Position numbers and translations under genes: made by a program. This document shows positions 21,222 to 33,600 of a stretch of 64,000 nt of DNA, in pieces. The stretch lies in IMG/VR virus record IMGVR_UViG_3300027844_001828, positions 62,001 to 126,000 of that record. The stretch is one strand, 5' to 3'. Numbering within the stretch: the first letter of the stretch is position 1; every line of letters starts with the position of its first letter. The notes under the pieces were generated by a model. That model ran no database searches. It was not told where the DNA came from and worked only from the letters and a program-made list of their open reading frames with translations.

Positions 21222-21939
21222 ACTTCCAATAATATCAGGATTTAGCTTTATAGCAGATTTCGGATACCCATCCAGGATCTGCTCTTCCATATTCATCTCT
21301 GGATGTAACATGAGATGCCCTTACTGTATCAATAGAGATTTGGTAAATGGATATTGCGATACAATCATAGACCCACATGATTTGATAAGAAGATTACAGG
21401 CTCGACAAGAAAAAATGGTCGTCCTGTCTGGTGGGGAGGCCCTTGCTCACCCAAATATTTTTAATCTCATTAAGTTGCTTTACGATGCGGGATTTGAAGT
21501 TGGTATATGCACAAATGGAAGTTTTCCAGAGAAGGTCCTCAAAGCGTTAAAGAGTGGGATGGTGGAACATATCATAATGGATATCAAGGCCGCACTTAAT
21601 AAAGATGCTTATTCAAAAGTGTCTGGAAGATTCATTCATGATATTTGGTTTGATAGAATCATAGAGACGATGAATATTTTGAAGGGGAGAGCGATGTCCA
21701 TACCTTCAGCAGAATTTAGAACGACAGTCTGTTCAAAGTTTGTAGACAAAGAAGCGGTCATAAGTATCGCAGAAGAAGTCGGCGATAAGAGCCTCTATTT
21801 TTTGCAGCCGTTCTCGATTCACCAAACCCTCGATCCAGAGGTTGCCGATGAGAAATACAAGATCCCATTTGAAGAACTTGTTGGATGGGCCGATGAAATA
21901 AGACCGCTGGTTTACGCCACAGGCGTCCGAGAAGTTTAG
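21202..21939 (+). CDS. nrdG: Anaerobic ribonucleotide reductase activating protein (radical SAM)
   Basis: GCNMRCPYC, LSGGE, TNGS, MDIKA, EFRTT, YFLQPF. Confidence 0.85.
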   Translation: MKTIDDELPIISGFSFIADFGYPSRICSSIFISGCNMRCPYCINRDLVNGYCDTIIDPHDLIRRLQARQEKMVVLSGGEALAHPNIFNLIKLLYDAGFEVGICTNGSFPEKVLKALKSGMVEHIIMDIKAALNKDAYSKVSGRFIHDIWFDRIIETMNILKGRAMSIPSAEFRTTVCSKFVDKEAVISIAEEVGDKSLYFLQPFSIHQTLDPEVADEKYKIPFEELVGWADEIRPLVYATGVREV

Positions 21940-21999
21940 CACAACGACTTGACAAACCAATCTTGGTGATATACCTTCCCTCTCAACCAAGGAGAACTC

Positions 22000-22527
22000 A
22001 TGAAAATAATACTTTTGTTTATATTGTTAACTGTCAATTGTGCTGGCTCCGATATAACTGGGGAAGAAATTATGCCCTTAGCCAAGGCTGTGTGGGCCGA
22101 GAATGGGATATATTGGAACAACGATGCGTCTGTCGTGTCAATCGCTTATGTGATCATAAACAGGCGCGATTCAAGCGAGGGTACATTTGCCAAACATATG
22201 ACCATTGACGATGTCTTAAACAGTGGGGAAATCCATGGAGTTGGGAATGGGCAATATCGGGCAATTGAAACGTTGCTTGATAATGGGTTTCAAAAATCAG
22301 AGTATGAAAGGAAGGCTTGGGTTAGAATCTTCAATGCGATTAGCAGAATTGCTAAAGGGGTATATTCAGACCCAACAGATGGTGCATTGTTCTTTGACCA
22401 CATGAGATGCGACCCATTAGACTTGGAGCCCCTTGCTCAGAAAGGTAGAGTGATGACTGGAGAGTCTATCATTCCGTATAAGTATATAGAGTTGGGGAAT
22501 GGCCGTTATTTATACTTCTGGAAGTAA
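22000..22527 (+). CDS. Secreted cell-wall hydrolase (SleB/Hydrolase_2-like)
   Basis: Signal-like N-terminus, LAKAVWAE, IAYVIINRR, DPTDGALFF. Confidence 0.75.
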   Translation: MKIILLFILLTVNCAGSDITGEEIMPLAKAVWAENGIYWNNDASVVSIAYVIINRRDSSEGTFAKHMTIDDVLNSGEIHGVGNGQYRAIETLLDNGFQKSEYERKAWVRIFNAISRIAKGVYSDPTDGALFFDHMRCDPLDLEPLAQKGRVMTGESIIPYKYIELGNGRYLYFWK

Positions 22528-22890
22528 CATATAGGCTTCGGCGTATCCGAGGTTGACAAGTTCCGCATTCAGGTATGTAAGAGTCTTAGGGGGGCTGCTT
22601 GCAGTAACAAGGTTGCTCTTGCAGTAAAAGATATCCCCAAGCCATCTACCGTATTTACCGGACTCATCCTTTTGTGTTCGTAAGATGATCTTTTTATCCA
22701 GGATCATTTCTCTGACGAAGTCTCGAACGATTATCCCCTGCTCTCTTGAGTCACCCCTGACTTCCGGCGTATCTATACCAAGCAATCTGATTTGTTGATT
22801 CAACATTAACATGTTAAATCCCAGGTCAATGTCTGCTCTAACGGTATCCCCATCGTATACTGAAATTATTTTGGCATTATATTCGTACAT
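22510..22890 (-). CDS. Thermonuclease (SNase-like)
   Basis: VYDGDTV, IRLLGIDTPE, GKYGRWL, LNAELVNLGYA. Confidence 0.92.
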   Translation of the reverse strand: MYEYNAKIISVYDGDTVRADIDLGFNMLMLNQQIRLLGIDTPEVRGDSREQGIIVRDFVREMILDKKIILRTQKDESGKYGRWLGDIFYCKSNLVTASSPPKTLTYLNAELVNLGYAEAYMLLPEV

Positions 22891-22923
22891 AACGACTCCT
22901 TTGTTACCATCTATTTTCAGTTT

Positions 22924-24639
22924 TCACTGCTTATTGTCCTGTTTGAAATCAATTATGCGCATGTGCCAGTCTTCTTCATCGAGAAATGATCTGTTGATGG
23001 AAAACAACACGTCAACGGTTTTCCCATGGAGTCTTTTCTTTATTCCTTTACCGTATGCTACGGAGTTAAGACCGGTGTTATCAAAGTGTACAAAGGCCCC
23101 TGTTCCACTCCCCCATTCTTTAACACGGTTACATTGTAAACCATTCGCTCTGAATATTGGAGTTGGGTTTCCTGGTCCGTATGGCTCAAGCATAGCGAGT
23201 CTTTCACAGAACACATCGTTAACTCTTAACATGAGATCAGGACTAAGTTCGCAATCATATGATATCGAGGGCTCTCCAATATTGTGAGCTTCAAGGTATT
23301 CCTTGACCTTCTTATCAAATATTTCCCAGGCCGTATCAATAAAGGCCGGGTCAAGTTCAGCGCCAGCGGCCATCTCATGCCCACCGTGAGCAATAAATAT
23401 TTCTGAGCAAGAATCCATTATTTCTTTGATATTCACGCCCTCAATTGATCTGGCACTACCTTTAATTTTCCCATCGTAGTTCCCGAAGCAGATTGTAGGT
23501 ACATTATAGGTCTCGGAGATTTTACTTGCGACAATACCAACAATGCTGGGGTTCCAGTTCTCTTTGTATAACAATGCGCTACTTTTACCGGCTTGGTCCG
23601 CGTCAAAAATTGAAATAGCCTCAACTGCCGCTTCCTTTTGAATCTTCTTGCGATCTTCATTTAATGACTTGAGATGCTTCGCGCTTACTTTAGCTTGCTC
23701 TATGTCTTCTGACATAAACACTTTATACGCATCTGAGGCGACAGTCATTCTTCCAGAGGCATTGATCATTGGAGCTATTCTGAATGCAATGTCTTCAGAG
23801 TTGCAATCAATGGTGCTTACATCCGCGACCTTGAATAACGTGCTGAGACCTACGTCTGTGCAAGAATTTAATTGGCGGAGTCCATTTTTTACAATAACTC
23901 TATTGGTTCCAGTCAATTCACAAACGTCAGCGATAGTAGTTAATGCGGCATACGGCATATATTTTGGAACGTTGATGATTGCTTCCTCTCCGCATTTTCT
24001 GGCAAGTTGAAAAACAAGCCCGCCTGTGCAATAAGGGGTGGCGTCATTCATTCTTGGATTCACAACCGCATCGGCATTGCTTGAAAAATTTTCTGGTTCA
24101 ATAATATGATGGTCAATAACAATGCAACGGGCGTCGGGGAGATGTGCTCTGATTTTTTCGATGTGTTTTCTAGAAGAACTTCCACAGTCCAATATTGCAA
24201 CAAGAGCATATGGCTTTTTACATATTTTTATGAAGTTCTCAACAGATCTGTCATTCAACCCATACCCGTCGCTGGTTCTTGAAGGTAAATAAACGTCTAC
24301 AGATGAAGCGTGAAGTTCACGCATCAATTTTTCGAACATATATGATGAGACGATTCCGTCAACATCATAGTCTCCAAAGACAACGACATCATGACCGCCA
24401 GCTGTAATACATTCCCGCATAGCGAGTTCTATGTTCTCAAGAGCCTCTGGTGGCTCGATGAGGTCGAATGGTGAATCGATCAAGGTCTTGATGTCCGACT
24501 TCTTTTTTATATGCTCGAAATTTCGGTTGGCGATTAATGAACAGAACAATTCGGCGACACCCTGTCCTTTTAATAAATTGAATTGGTCTTCTCTGTATAG
24601 TTTTTCTTTCCAGATCATGTGTCCCTCGTTGGTTGACAA
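22924..24639 (-). CDS. recJ: RecJ ssDNA exonuclease (DHH/DHHA1)
   Basis: GDYDVDG, DGYGLN, DCG, IDHH, TIADV, APMINASGR, GSARS, GGHEMAAG, LEPYGPGNPTP. Confidence 0.95.
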   Translation of the reverse strand: MSTNEGHMIWKEKLYREDQFNLLKGQGVAELFCSLIANRNFEHIKKKSDIKTLIDSPFDLIEPPEALENIELAMRECITAGGHDVVVFGDYDVDGIVSSYMFEKLMRELHASSVDVYLPSRTSDGYGLNDRSVENFIKICKKPYALVAILDCGSSSRKHIEKIRAHLPDARCIVIDHHIIEPENFSSNADAVVNPRMNDATPYCTGGLVFQLARKCGEEAIINVPKYMPYAALTTIADVCELTGTNRVIVKNGLRQLNSCTDVGLSTLFKVADVSTIDCNSEDIAFRIAPMINASGRMTVASDAYKVFMSEDIEQAKVSAKHLKSLNEDRKKIQKEAAVEAISIFDADQAGKSSALLYKENWNPSIVGIVASKISETYNVPTICFGNYDGKIKGSARSIEGVNIKEIMDSCSEIFIAHGGHEMAAGAELDPAFIDTAWEIFDKKVKEYLEAHNIGEPSISYDCELSPDLMLRVNDVFCERLAMLEPYGPGNPTPIFRANGLQCNRVKEWGSGTGAFVHFDNTGLNSVAYGKGIKKRLHGKTVDVLFSINRSFLDEEDWHMRIIDFKQDNKQ

Positions 24640-24661
24640 AGTGGCAATTGTATGCTATAGT
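24633..24661 (+). promoter_or_regulatory. sigma70-type promoter for dnaJ
   Basis: TTGACA-17 nt-TATAGT with an extended TG. Confidence 0.7.
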
Positions 24662-24744
24662 ATGGGTTCATAATGGGATTCTATCCCAGTAGTCATTGTA
24701 CTACCTACTATACTATCAAACACGACGTTTTCAAGGAGAGCCAG

Positions 24745-25857
24745 ATGGATTACTACGAAATATTAGGAGCCAAGAGGGGAGATACCGCCGCTACGATAAA
24801 GAAAGCGTATCGAAAATTGGCTCATAAGTATCATCCAGATAAAAACCCTGACAATAAAGAGGCGGAAGATAAATTCAAAGATGTCGCCGAGGCATATGAA
24901 GTTTTGTCAGATGAAAAAAAGAAGCCGATTTATGACAAGTTTGGAAAAGAGGGGTTGAAGCGTGGCGGAGGCGGCGGAGGCGGCGGAGGCGGCGGAGGCC
25001 AGGGTCAGGGCTGGGGTGGTTTTGCAGGCTTTAACTTCGGAATGGGACAGGACGATGGGATTGATATCATTCAGGTTCAGATGGGTATTGATGTTTACGC
25101 TGTAGCTTATGGCTCAGATAGGCAATTTAAGATCAATATTAACGACAAGTGCAAAACTTGTGATGGGTCAAGAAAAAAGCCGGGTGGGAAAGAAGAAATT
25201 TGCTCATCGTGCAAGGGCCAGAAATTTATAATAAGAAAGCAGGGCGGAATGATGTTTCAGTTACCCTGCCAAGCCTGTCAAGGCCAAGGTGGCACTTTTG
25301 ATAAATGCGAAAGCTGTCATGGTCATGGGGTCCAGGCAAGGACCATGACTATGAAGGTTAGTATTCCAAAGGGAGCAGGACATGGGATGAAGATAAGACT
25401 CAAGGGAGTCGGTAACTACTCTGTCGGAGCGAATGCTAAGGGACATATTCATTTTATCTTAGTCCTTGCAGAACATGAGTTATTTGCCATCAATGGATCG
25501 GATGTTCATGCTGGGTTGCCAATAACCTTCAAACAAGCCATTCTTGGGGGTGATATAAAGGTTCCGACCTTATATGGCGATGTGGACGTTACCTTACCTA
25601 AAGAGTCGAAGAATGGTGATGTTTTAACGGTTTCTGGATCGGGTGTCCCAAACAAGCCAAATAGTACCGTAAAGGGCGATCAATATGTCCATTTGATAGT
25701 CGATATGCCAAAAGGAGTTTCAGATGAAATTAGAGAAGTTATAAACGGCATTGACGACAGCGGATGTACATACGAAACCATTAATGAATACAATGGCGTA
25801 TGCGAAAATATAAAAAAAGAGATAGGCAGGGCTAATAATGAAGATAAAACTGGCTGA
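24745..25857 (+). CDS. dnaJ: DnaJ (Hsp40) chaperone
   Basis: MDYYEILG...HPD J-domain, G/F linker, four CxxCxGxG-like motifs, C-terminal substrate domain. AGGAG RBS before 24745. Confidence 0.95.
   Translation: MDYYEILGAKRGDTAATIKKAYRKLAHKYHPDKNPDNKEAEDKFKDVAEAYEVLSDEKKKPIYDKFGKEGLKRGGGGGGGGGGGGQGQGWGGFAGFNFGMGQDDGIDIIQVQMGIDVYAVAYGSDRQFKININDKCKTCDGSRKKPGGKEEICSSCKGQKFIIRKQGGMMFQLPCQACQGQGGTFDKCESCHGHGVQARTMTMKVSIPKGAGHGMKIRLKGVGNYSVGANAKGHIHFILVLAEHELFAINGSDVHAGLPITFKQAILGGDIKVPTLYGDVDVTLPKESKNGDVLTVSGSGVPNKPNSTVKGDQYVHLIVDMPKGVSDEIREVINGIDDSGCTYETINEYNGVCENIKKEIGRANNEDKTG
24964..24999 (+). repeat. (GGCGGAGGC)4 poly-Gly tandem repeat in the dnaJ linker
   Basis: Four perfect 9-nt units, in frame. 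Confidence 0.85.
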
Positions 25858-28800
25858 AACTCCACGTGAAGAATGGATATCCATAGAGTTCAACTTCCTA
25901 TACAGTGCATGGCATGCCCATTTCTCTATGGACGACCTGTCTCAAACCCAACAAGCATCAATTGATCAGGGCAATGAAGAGGTGGAGGCGGTAATGAACT
26001 CCACTTTCAGTGCCGATCAGTACGTCTCTGGGTATAGAAATGCTTTGAATGGCGATCCTGGTAAAATTCTTTATGATCCAGAAATAACTTTGAGTCAAGA
26101 ATTATCTGTGATGATTCAAACCATTGATACTAATGTTGGAAGAATTTTATCTGGTGAAATCGATTCGCTTAATATAGATACACCAGATATCTTTAACAAA
26201 TTTGTAGATTTCCATGTTTTATTTGGCGGGTTGGAGAATTCATATAGTAATTTCGACTTTTCACCAGGCTTGAGTAATTCGCTATGGCTTTTCAGGAGTC
26301 CATACAATGCCAGGTTTCCCAGATCGATAATCCTTGATGATGTACAAGAGGAAATTACCAGACGTGAGGAAAAAATAAAATCCTACCTCATGACACGGTA
26401 TGATATTGGTGATGAGATCAATGAGACATCAGATAGTTGGAGAATAATCGATGGAGAACTGCATTATGATAATGCGGTTGCTGACGACTTCGAGGAAGGG
26501 GTAGTTGATAAACTTATGAATGAAGACGCACATGCATCGGCGATCCTTTCATCCCTGAACTTATTTAACTCTACCGAACCAATTGACGGCGGGTGGGAGA
26601 GGGTTGAAACAAGAGTTATATTTGCCGAAGAAGGGGCTGTAGAGGGGTTGATTAGAAGGGTCACTGACGCTGACGACATTAGGGCTGTTCAAGATATTTT
26701 AGAAATCGGTCAGGGAGCGGTATTGACAGATTTGAGATTGAATACCGGGAGCACTTTAGACAATGCAACCTGGGTTATCGTAGGGAACCAAATATATTTC
26801 TTATTGTCTGAGTCTGGACTTTCTCAAGAAGATATAGTAGATCAGGTCACAGAAATTACTGGCCATGATGAACGCGCTTATGATAGATTGTCTACTGGAG
26901 GGTTTTTGAGAGATGATGTAGACAGTGGGGGAGGTCCTGATTTTGACCATCAGGTTAATTTAAGCGTCTTATTTAATGGTCTTGATACTGATCTTATTGC
27001 AGATGAATTCAGAAGTCAAGTTTTGATTATAATTCAGAGAGAGGAAGAAGCAATAACCGAATTTGTCTCGTCCAACTTATCCCAGAACTTTGACCATCAC
27101 GATGGTGTTTTTAGATTCACATTAAACCCAATGAATGATGACACAAGAGCAGACGGGGCTAAAAGGGCGTTGAGGGTCATGAATGCTCATGCCGAATCTG
27201 AAATTATAGCATTGTTGAGTGGGATATCTGTAAGCCCTCATTCAGCCTTTAATTGGAAACATGTGGAAACTGAAATTATATTAAGGCCAATTAACGACGT
27301 TTTGGACATGCTTTACAATCACGATGAGGGGAGAAGCATTGTCACGGCAGAGAGAACGTTGTGTCGGGATATGCTGCGAGAGCGAAATAGCCGTGCCATT
27401 GATTATTTAAGTCAGGCTTGTGGCAATGATATTGACAATCCACAATGGATAGTTCATGAGGAATCATTGTATATCCCAGACGGAAGCCGTTTGCGAAGCG
27501 TGGACGATTTCGGAGATATATTGGTAAGAATAGCCAATGCTGACGGTGAAGCCAAGCGCTCTTTTAGGGGTATGGGAGTTCGTTTCGCTGACGATGTGGA
27601 TGAAGATCGAGGGATGGAGACGCATGAGTACCCTGGCCTTTTTTCTAATCCAATGAGAATGAATATTGTAAACAGGAATGGTAGTTCACTGTCGGGTGAT
27701 TCGAGGGACGAGGTAGAAAGAATTAGGAATTTGTACAGCCCCCGTGCCGCAGACATACTTCAATTGTTATCTGGATCTGGATCTGGAACGGTCTATTCGA
27801 TTGCGAGTGCGAGTTCTAGGGTCTCTTTTGATAAAGATATGTTGACGGATTTGCAAATTAAAACCGTTCATGAATTGTTAAAGACATTAGATGATTCCGT
27901 TAGAGCAGATATTATATCAAATCTTGATGTTATAGTAAGACGTAGCGCAGTGTCGCATGATTTAGATTTTGATTTTCTATTTAGAGACGCCAACTTCTTA
28001 ATTGACATGTCTAATACGCATTCAGATATATATAGAGAGAGAAATATTGTTACGATGGAGGACGGAAGTGGAATCCCAAACTCGGCAGATAATATTCACG
28101 AAATACAGTGGCGTTTAAGAAGTGTAAATGATCGGGCATCTTCCTGGCTAGATAGCCACTTCCCGGAAAATTCATTCATATTTGAAATGGGTGAAGGGTA
28201 TGGGACTCTTTATGTTGATTTGAACATTCTCCAACCAAACCTCCTTATGTCACTATATGATGGGTTGACGATGGCTGACAACGATCTTAGATCACGATTA
28301 GGGCAAGCTCCTGGTTTTGGCGTATTTCCCACTTCAAGATTTACAGACAGGGAAGACAGGGATGAGGTGACAACTGAAGAGGAAGTTTCAGATATTGACA
28401 GAGAGGTTTGGTTGGAGTTCGACTTCTTATTTAGACCCTTTGAACACTTTCAGCAGTTTGTAGAGTTGACAGACAATGGACTTCCAGTGTCAACAGATGA
28501 TGATATGATGAACAGGTTGGAAGACATTGTTAGACCAATCATGGACGCTGCTAATGATTATGTCGCAGTAAATGTCGATGATGAAGCATACAGGTATGAT
28601 GCTGGCGAACTTGTTGTATTAGAAGAGAGAGATCATCAACTAGGATTATCTCCGACTGATCTTGATATGTTGAGAACCAATCTTGAGAATTTAGACCGAT
28701 CAGTTGTTCAGGCAATTGAGTCCGATCCAATTTTTCAATTGCATGATGTGGAGCCGACCACTTTCGATTCCGAACAAGAATTTAGTTTTGATTTTTTATT

Positions 28801-30628
28801 TAATACGCCACAAATATATACGAGTAATGGTTTAGTTAAATTATTTAATGGAAATCCAGTTAGAACAACTGTTGGGAACTTTGGATTATTGACAAATATT
28901 GTCAGGAGAAAAGTAATTTTGGCAAGAACATATCTTGACAGAGTTATTGGCTTTGATGCATATAGAATTCATTTTATGCCCGTCCTCGCGCCGCGATCCG
29001 GATTCTTGTTTATTGATTCTGATCAGGTTTCTGAAGAAGAGATAGAAGAGGTAGAAGATGCGCTTAGACAGTTGGATAAAGACGCTGGGGAAGAGATAAA
29101 TAGACATTCAAGATTTCGCGTAGAATCATTTGAAAAAGAGGAAATAAAACTCCAGGCTTTATTCCAAGATCCGTCAGGACTGTTCAACAATATCGGTTAT
29201 GATGATCAAGGATCGATAACGACGTTACGACCAGGCGGGCCATGGGCGTCCCCGAGTTCAGTGTTTCGGGAATTGAGTAGATACAACTCACTCGCCAGAG
29301 ATTTCCTGGAAAATGAAATAAAAGATAAATGGAAGCTTGAGGATACCGAGTTTTCTGCCGGATTGTATTTCAAAGAAAACATTGATCCGGCTGACAGAGA
29401 AAGAGTTGTGAAAGCTTTGAATAAAATGGATATTGAAGCTATAAGTTTTCTTAATTCTGATGACTCATACAATATTACAGATGAAATGAAAGAAAAAGTG
29501 GAGTCCGTCTCAGGAGAGTGGGAAGAGCTAATTACAAAGGTGTTGTTCAAGACGAGAGAATATTTGGACAGGTCTCTTAATTATGAAAATGATGCGGAAA
29601 AATCGATTTCAATTTCCGAGCAGGATATGGATGATATTGTAAAAATATTGCAGGATCATTATGAGGATTTAGTTATTCCAAAGTGGAGACACAGACTATC
29701 TGATGGTAATACAACCTTTGAATCCCCGCATTTTAAGATAGACCTTGGCTCAGATCAGAGTTTTTATTTGAGATCTGGTAATGATGACGAAAGGGCAAGG
29801 ATTATCGATCTGGGAAAACTGGCAATGGTAGAAATATATGGGATGAAGAGGGTTTTATTTACCGATACCATTTCAGAGCAAAATAATTGGAGTGATGAGT
29901 TCGGAGAATCTATTGAAAAGCTATCTGCTCTTGATGACTTCAGTTGGATTGGAGAATTTTTAAGCGATGAAGATAGAGAAAGATTGTCTGAGTTGATGTT
30001 TCGAAGAAGAGATTATTTTATAGCTGGTGCTCATGATGAAAAAATAGAAATGATCAGAGATAAGATTAGTAAAATTGGCGGACCAGTAGGGTATTCAACG
30101 ACATATTCTAGACTTTCTGATAAAATAGAATCCAACAGGAAAATTTATAAAGAATTCAAATCAGTTGCGGACAAAAATGATCTTTCAGTTCCAGAATTTC
30201 GATCCAAAGCAATATATGAGAATACAATATCTATGAATAATAAGAACGCTATCTTAACCAATAAGGTGTATGAAGAAGCCGCATATAATTCTGGGCCATA
30301 TAAAAATGACTATGATGGAACAGCAGAGAGTTTTGTTCTGTATCTTGTGTTTGACATATTAATAAGTATTAAGGATAGATATGAAGATGAAGAGTTTTCA
30401 GAAATCGTTGATCTGGTAAAATTCAACGAAGATATTTTTGATCAATTTGGCGATCCATTTGGTCCTATCAAGAGCGGTCTTGTAAAGGGTTTCATTCCAA
30501 ATACAAAGAAATTTATAGAGAGATGTCCAACTATTGAATCCTCCTTTGATACAACAGTCTATAGGGACATAAGAATTAGTATGGCGAAGATTATTAGAAA
30601 TGTCATAAAAAACAAGGGTTCGGAATAG
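25838..30628 (+). CDS. Giant acidic repeat protein A (1596 aa), putative internal virion protein
   Basis: Recurring W..(I/L).F.(F/L)L(F/Y) units. C-terminus homologous to the next gene. AGG-N19-GAA promoter at 25713-25737. Confidence 0.65.
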   Translation: MKIKLAETPREEWISIEFNFLYSAWHAHFSMDDLSQTQQASIDQGNEEVEAVMNSTFSADQYVSGYRNALNGDPGKILYDPEITLSQELSVMIQTIDTNVGRILSGEIDSLNIDTPDIFNKFVDFHVLFGGLENSYSNFDFSPGLSNSLWLFRSPYNARFPRSIILDDVQEEITRREEKIKSYLMTRYDIGDEINETSDSWRIIDGELHYDNAVADDFEEGVVDKLMNEDAHASAILSSLNLFNSTEPIDGGWERVETRVIFAEEGAVEGLIRRVTDADDIRAVQDILEIGQGAVLTDLRLNTGSTLDNATWVIVGNQIYFLLSESGLSQEDIVDQVTEITGHDERAYDRLSTGGFLRDDVDSGGGPDFDHQVNLSVLFNGLDTDLIADEFRSQVLIIIQREEEAITEFVSSNLSQNFDHHDGVFRFTLNPMNDDTRADGAKRALRVMNAHAESEIIALLSGISVSPHSAFNWKHVETEIILRPINDVLDMLYNHDEGRSIVTAERTLCRDMLRERNSRAIDYLSQACGNDIDNPQWIVHEESLYIPDGSRLRSVDDFGDILVRIANADGEAKRSFRGMGVRFADDVDEDRGMETHEYPGLFSNPMRMNIVNRNGSSLSGDSRDEVERIRNLYSPRAADILQLLSGSGSGTVYSIASASSRVSFDKDMLTDLQIKTVHELLKTLDDSVRADIISNLDVIVRRSAVSHDLDFDFLFRDANFLIDMSNTHSDIYRERNIVTMEDGSGIPNSADNIHEIQWRLRSVNDRASSWLDSHFPENSFIFEMGEGYGTLYVDLNILQPNLLMSLYDGLTMADNDLRSRLGQAPGFGVFPTSRFTDREDRDEVTTEEEVSDIDREVWLEFDFLFRPFEHFQQFVELTDNGLPVSTDDDMMNRLEDIVRPIMDAANDYVAVNVDDEAYRYDAGELVVLEERDHQLGLSPTDLDMLRTNLENLDRSVVQAIESDPIFQLHDVEPTTFDSEQEFSFDFLFNTPQIYTSNGLVKLFNGNPVRTTVGNFGLLTNIVRRKVILARTYLDRVIGFDAYRIHFMPVLAPRSGFLFIDSDQVSEEEIEEVEDALRQLDKDAGEEINRHSRFRVESFEKEEIKLQALFQDPSGLFNNIGYDDQGSITTLRPGGPWASPSSVFRELSRYNSLARDFLENEIKDKWKLEDTEFSAGLYFKENIDPADRERVVKALNKMDIEAISFLNSDDSYNITDEMKEKVESVSGEWEELITKVLFKTREYLDRSLNYENDAEKSISISEQDMDDIVKILQDHYEDLVIPKWRHRLSDGNTTFESPHFKIDLGSDQSFYLRSGNDDERARIIDLGKLAMVEIYGMKRVLFTDTISEQNNWSDEFGESIEKLSALDDFSWIGEFLSDEDRERLSELMFRRRDYFIAGAHDEKIEMIRDKISKIGGPVGYSTTYSRLSDKIESNRKIYKEFKSVADKNDLSVPEFRSKAIYENTISMNNKNAILTNKVYEEAAYNSGPYKNDYDGTAESFVLYLVFDILISIKDRYEDEEFSEIVDLVKFNEDIFDQFGDPFGPIKSGLVKGFIPNTKKFIERCPTIESSFDTTVYRDIRISMAKIIRNVIKNKGSE

Positions 30629-33600
30629 TGAGAATAATCAAAACAGCAGACTGGGAAGGCGCGACAGAGACAGCCATGTTCCCAGTATTATTCAGGGGTC
30701 AAGTGGGGCTCTCGACAGATAGAGCGAGGGTTTTAGAACAAGCCCAAACACTTGCCAGGAGTATTTTGCACACTGTTGTTCCAGATGGAGACTCGGATGA
30801 AGAGCACTACATCATTGAGGACACAGTTTTGAGATATAAGGCTGGTGGTGTTATTACTGCTGGGGTGTTGCAAAGATTGCGCCTCATGGAGTCTGAAATC
30901 TCGAATCATATCGTTCAAGAGGATGAGAATCAATTAGAATGGGTCGAACTTCCATTTAGATTTCTATATAATGGGGAATTGCAAGATATATATGTTAATA
31001 ATTCGATAAGAGACAGCCCGTCTCATATAACAAGCATATCTCAAGCTGGAGAATCGAGGGTTTTTCCATACCTTAATGACAATGCCACAACCATCGCGGA
31101 TTTCAGATTTGTTAACATCGTGAATCGTGGGGAAAGACCCCAGGTTAGGGTGAGAGGATCTTTGGACTCTGATCATCATATTAATAACTTGATGGCAATT
31201 GAGAATCAATGCATATTGAATTTCGCATCTTATGATATTAATAGTAATGGCGGAACCATCCCTTATGATGGCACTTGGAGTAGAGTTGATACCGTGGTTC
31301 TTTTCAAGAGTTGGTCGGAGGTTGCTGGAATTGTATCTATCCTCGAGCAACGGGCTGGCCACCTTGGCGAACGATCACGACGTGAACGTCAGAATATTAT
31401 TCAAATTATCCAAGGGTATGAACGAAGTGTGTTAATGAGCCTGCATGAAGATTGTCCATTGGGGGATATTGAAACTGGTCCAGATTGGTTGGTCCATGAA
31501 CGGGCGTTACATTACAAATTGGATGGGTGCTTCCATGAATCTCAGGGTGACAGAAGCGTCTGGGATTTACTAAGTTCCAGGGACGAATGGGCCGTTGAGG
31601 CACTTGTCGCAAGGGGATTTGATGTTAACACGGAAAACCCAGAAGATGAATTTGATGAGTCGAGCATTGAATGGCGACGATTTGAATTTGATTTGCTTTA
31701 TGATGGTGATCTTTTCCAGCAAATTAATAATGATGAAATCGAAGGGGATTCTTCTTACTCTCGTATAAACAGAGATGCTATAGATGGAGTAATGACCGAT
31801 GCTCAATTGGAAGTAGATCGATACTTAAGAAGTACTAATTCTGTAGAGGGGAGAGATTTTGTATATCGTGATTTTCCCGGAGATGCACATAGAAATTATC
31901 CATCTTATGCTGTCGGATCTGAATTGGATAATCGGACTGATCGAAAAAATATTGCAGATATCGAACGTTCAGCTTTAATGAAGGTCTGCCACTATTCTAA
32001 CAGTCTGAATAGACGACATCCAGAAATGTCACCGGTTTCTGCGGCTGGATATGTTTTGTTTAAGGCGAGAAGCACTCTTGATACATTTTTCCTGGGTGGG
32101 GTGTCTGACGATGAATTAGTAAAGATAAAGAATTCAGGAGAAGAAAACGTATTAGACTATTTGACGGAAAACCATCCAATCACAAATGTATTTAACCCCC
32201 CGTGGCTCGTATACGACAGGTATTTATTCATTGATGAAAATATTATTCCGATAGATTATTTTGAAGAGTTCCTTTTAGATAATGATGCAGACACTATACA
32301 ATATTTATCGGATGAAGGCTCTTCATTTCAAAGAAATCCCGATGGGATAAGAGTCCCAGAAGGATATATTAGATTCCCTGGATTGAAGTTTTTGTTCAAT
32401 TCTCTTTCTGAGTCTGGAGTTATGGTGAGAGATGCGAACCCGCCAACAAGAATTCCAATTGGTGGTGAAGTTGCAGAGATTATAGAGTTAAGAACGGTTC
32501 AACAGCAAGAGTTGGTAACATGGATGGATGCTGTTGCAAACTCAGAAATTGCATATAGTTTCACCAATAGCGCGGACGCTGTGAAATTCAACAATAGACT
32601 TTATGTGTTGGAAAATGGGGCTTTAAATAATGACGAGGTATTAAAACGCACAATATTAAGCTGGGATCGCACCGCAATACAATCTGTGGAACATGCGTCT
32701 GAAACAATGCCGTATGATTTCATATTCCCCGTCAATACTGAAGATCATACTGTCCCAGAACCGCAATATCCAGAAGATGAGCGGGCCGAAGCGAATGAAA
32801 ACTTGATAAACATGCTTTCTGGATACGATTTGGCTAATAGACCATTAACTTTTGATATTTCAAACACGGGCATCTTCTACGGGACATGGACAAGATTTGA
32901 CGGAACAGAATTATTGTTTAAGAGCGTGGATTATCTATATGACAATTGTAGGATAAATGGCATTCCTCTAAATCAAGAGACGTTAACACTGATTTCTAGG
33001 CAATTGCAGGATGTTGAAGATCAGTATGTAAGTAGTGGAAATGTTATTTTTGTCCCTCAGGAAGTGGCTCCAGAATTACTTTATACAAAAAACACCACTG
33101 TGTCGTCTGAAATATTTAGAAGCGATAATATTTTCAGAAATAATTTAGCTGATGATTTCCCCGGATTTACATTTGAAGATGGGGATGCGGACCCCAGAAC
33201 AAGAGTGAGAAACGGAGCCGATTTCCATCTTTTAGATTTGGATCTTTTGTTTAAGCCAAGATCTATGAGGATTCAGAATTTCAGTTTGAATGGAGGTCTT
33301 GTTCCAAGGGATATCATGGAAGATATAACAGAGTGGTGCTCAGGGGCAGAGGACTTATTTATATCCGAAGTTAATGCAGAATACTTTATTTTTGATGGTA
33401 GAAATGGTAAGATATTTGCCAGAGAAGATGCTAATCAATTAGAGACGAGATTATTGAGGGCGGAAGAGGGCGGAAGAAGCACTCTTTCGGAAAGATATCA
33501 GGGGCTTTTATTTACAGGTGGGCACAATGGAGCGCAAGGGCCTTCGGAGACCCCTGAAGGCAGAGACTTCGAATGGCTTGAAGCCCCATTGACTTTTATC

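Noticed and set aside
24964-24999. Phase variation by the dnaJ GGCGGAGGC repeat
   Set aside because: The 9-nt unit preserves the frame and lies in the normally Gly-rich linker.
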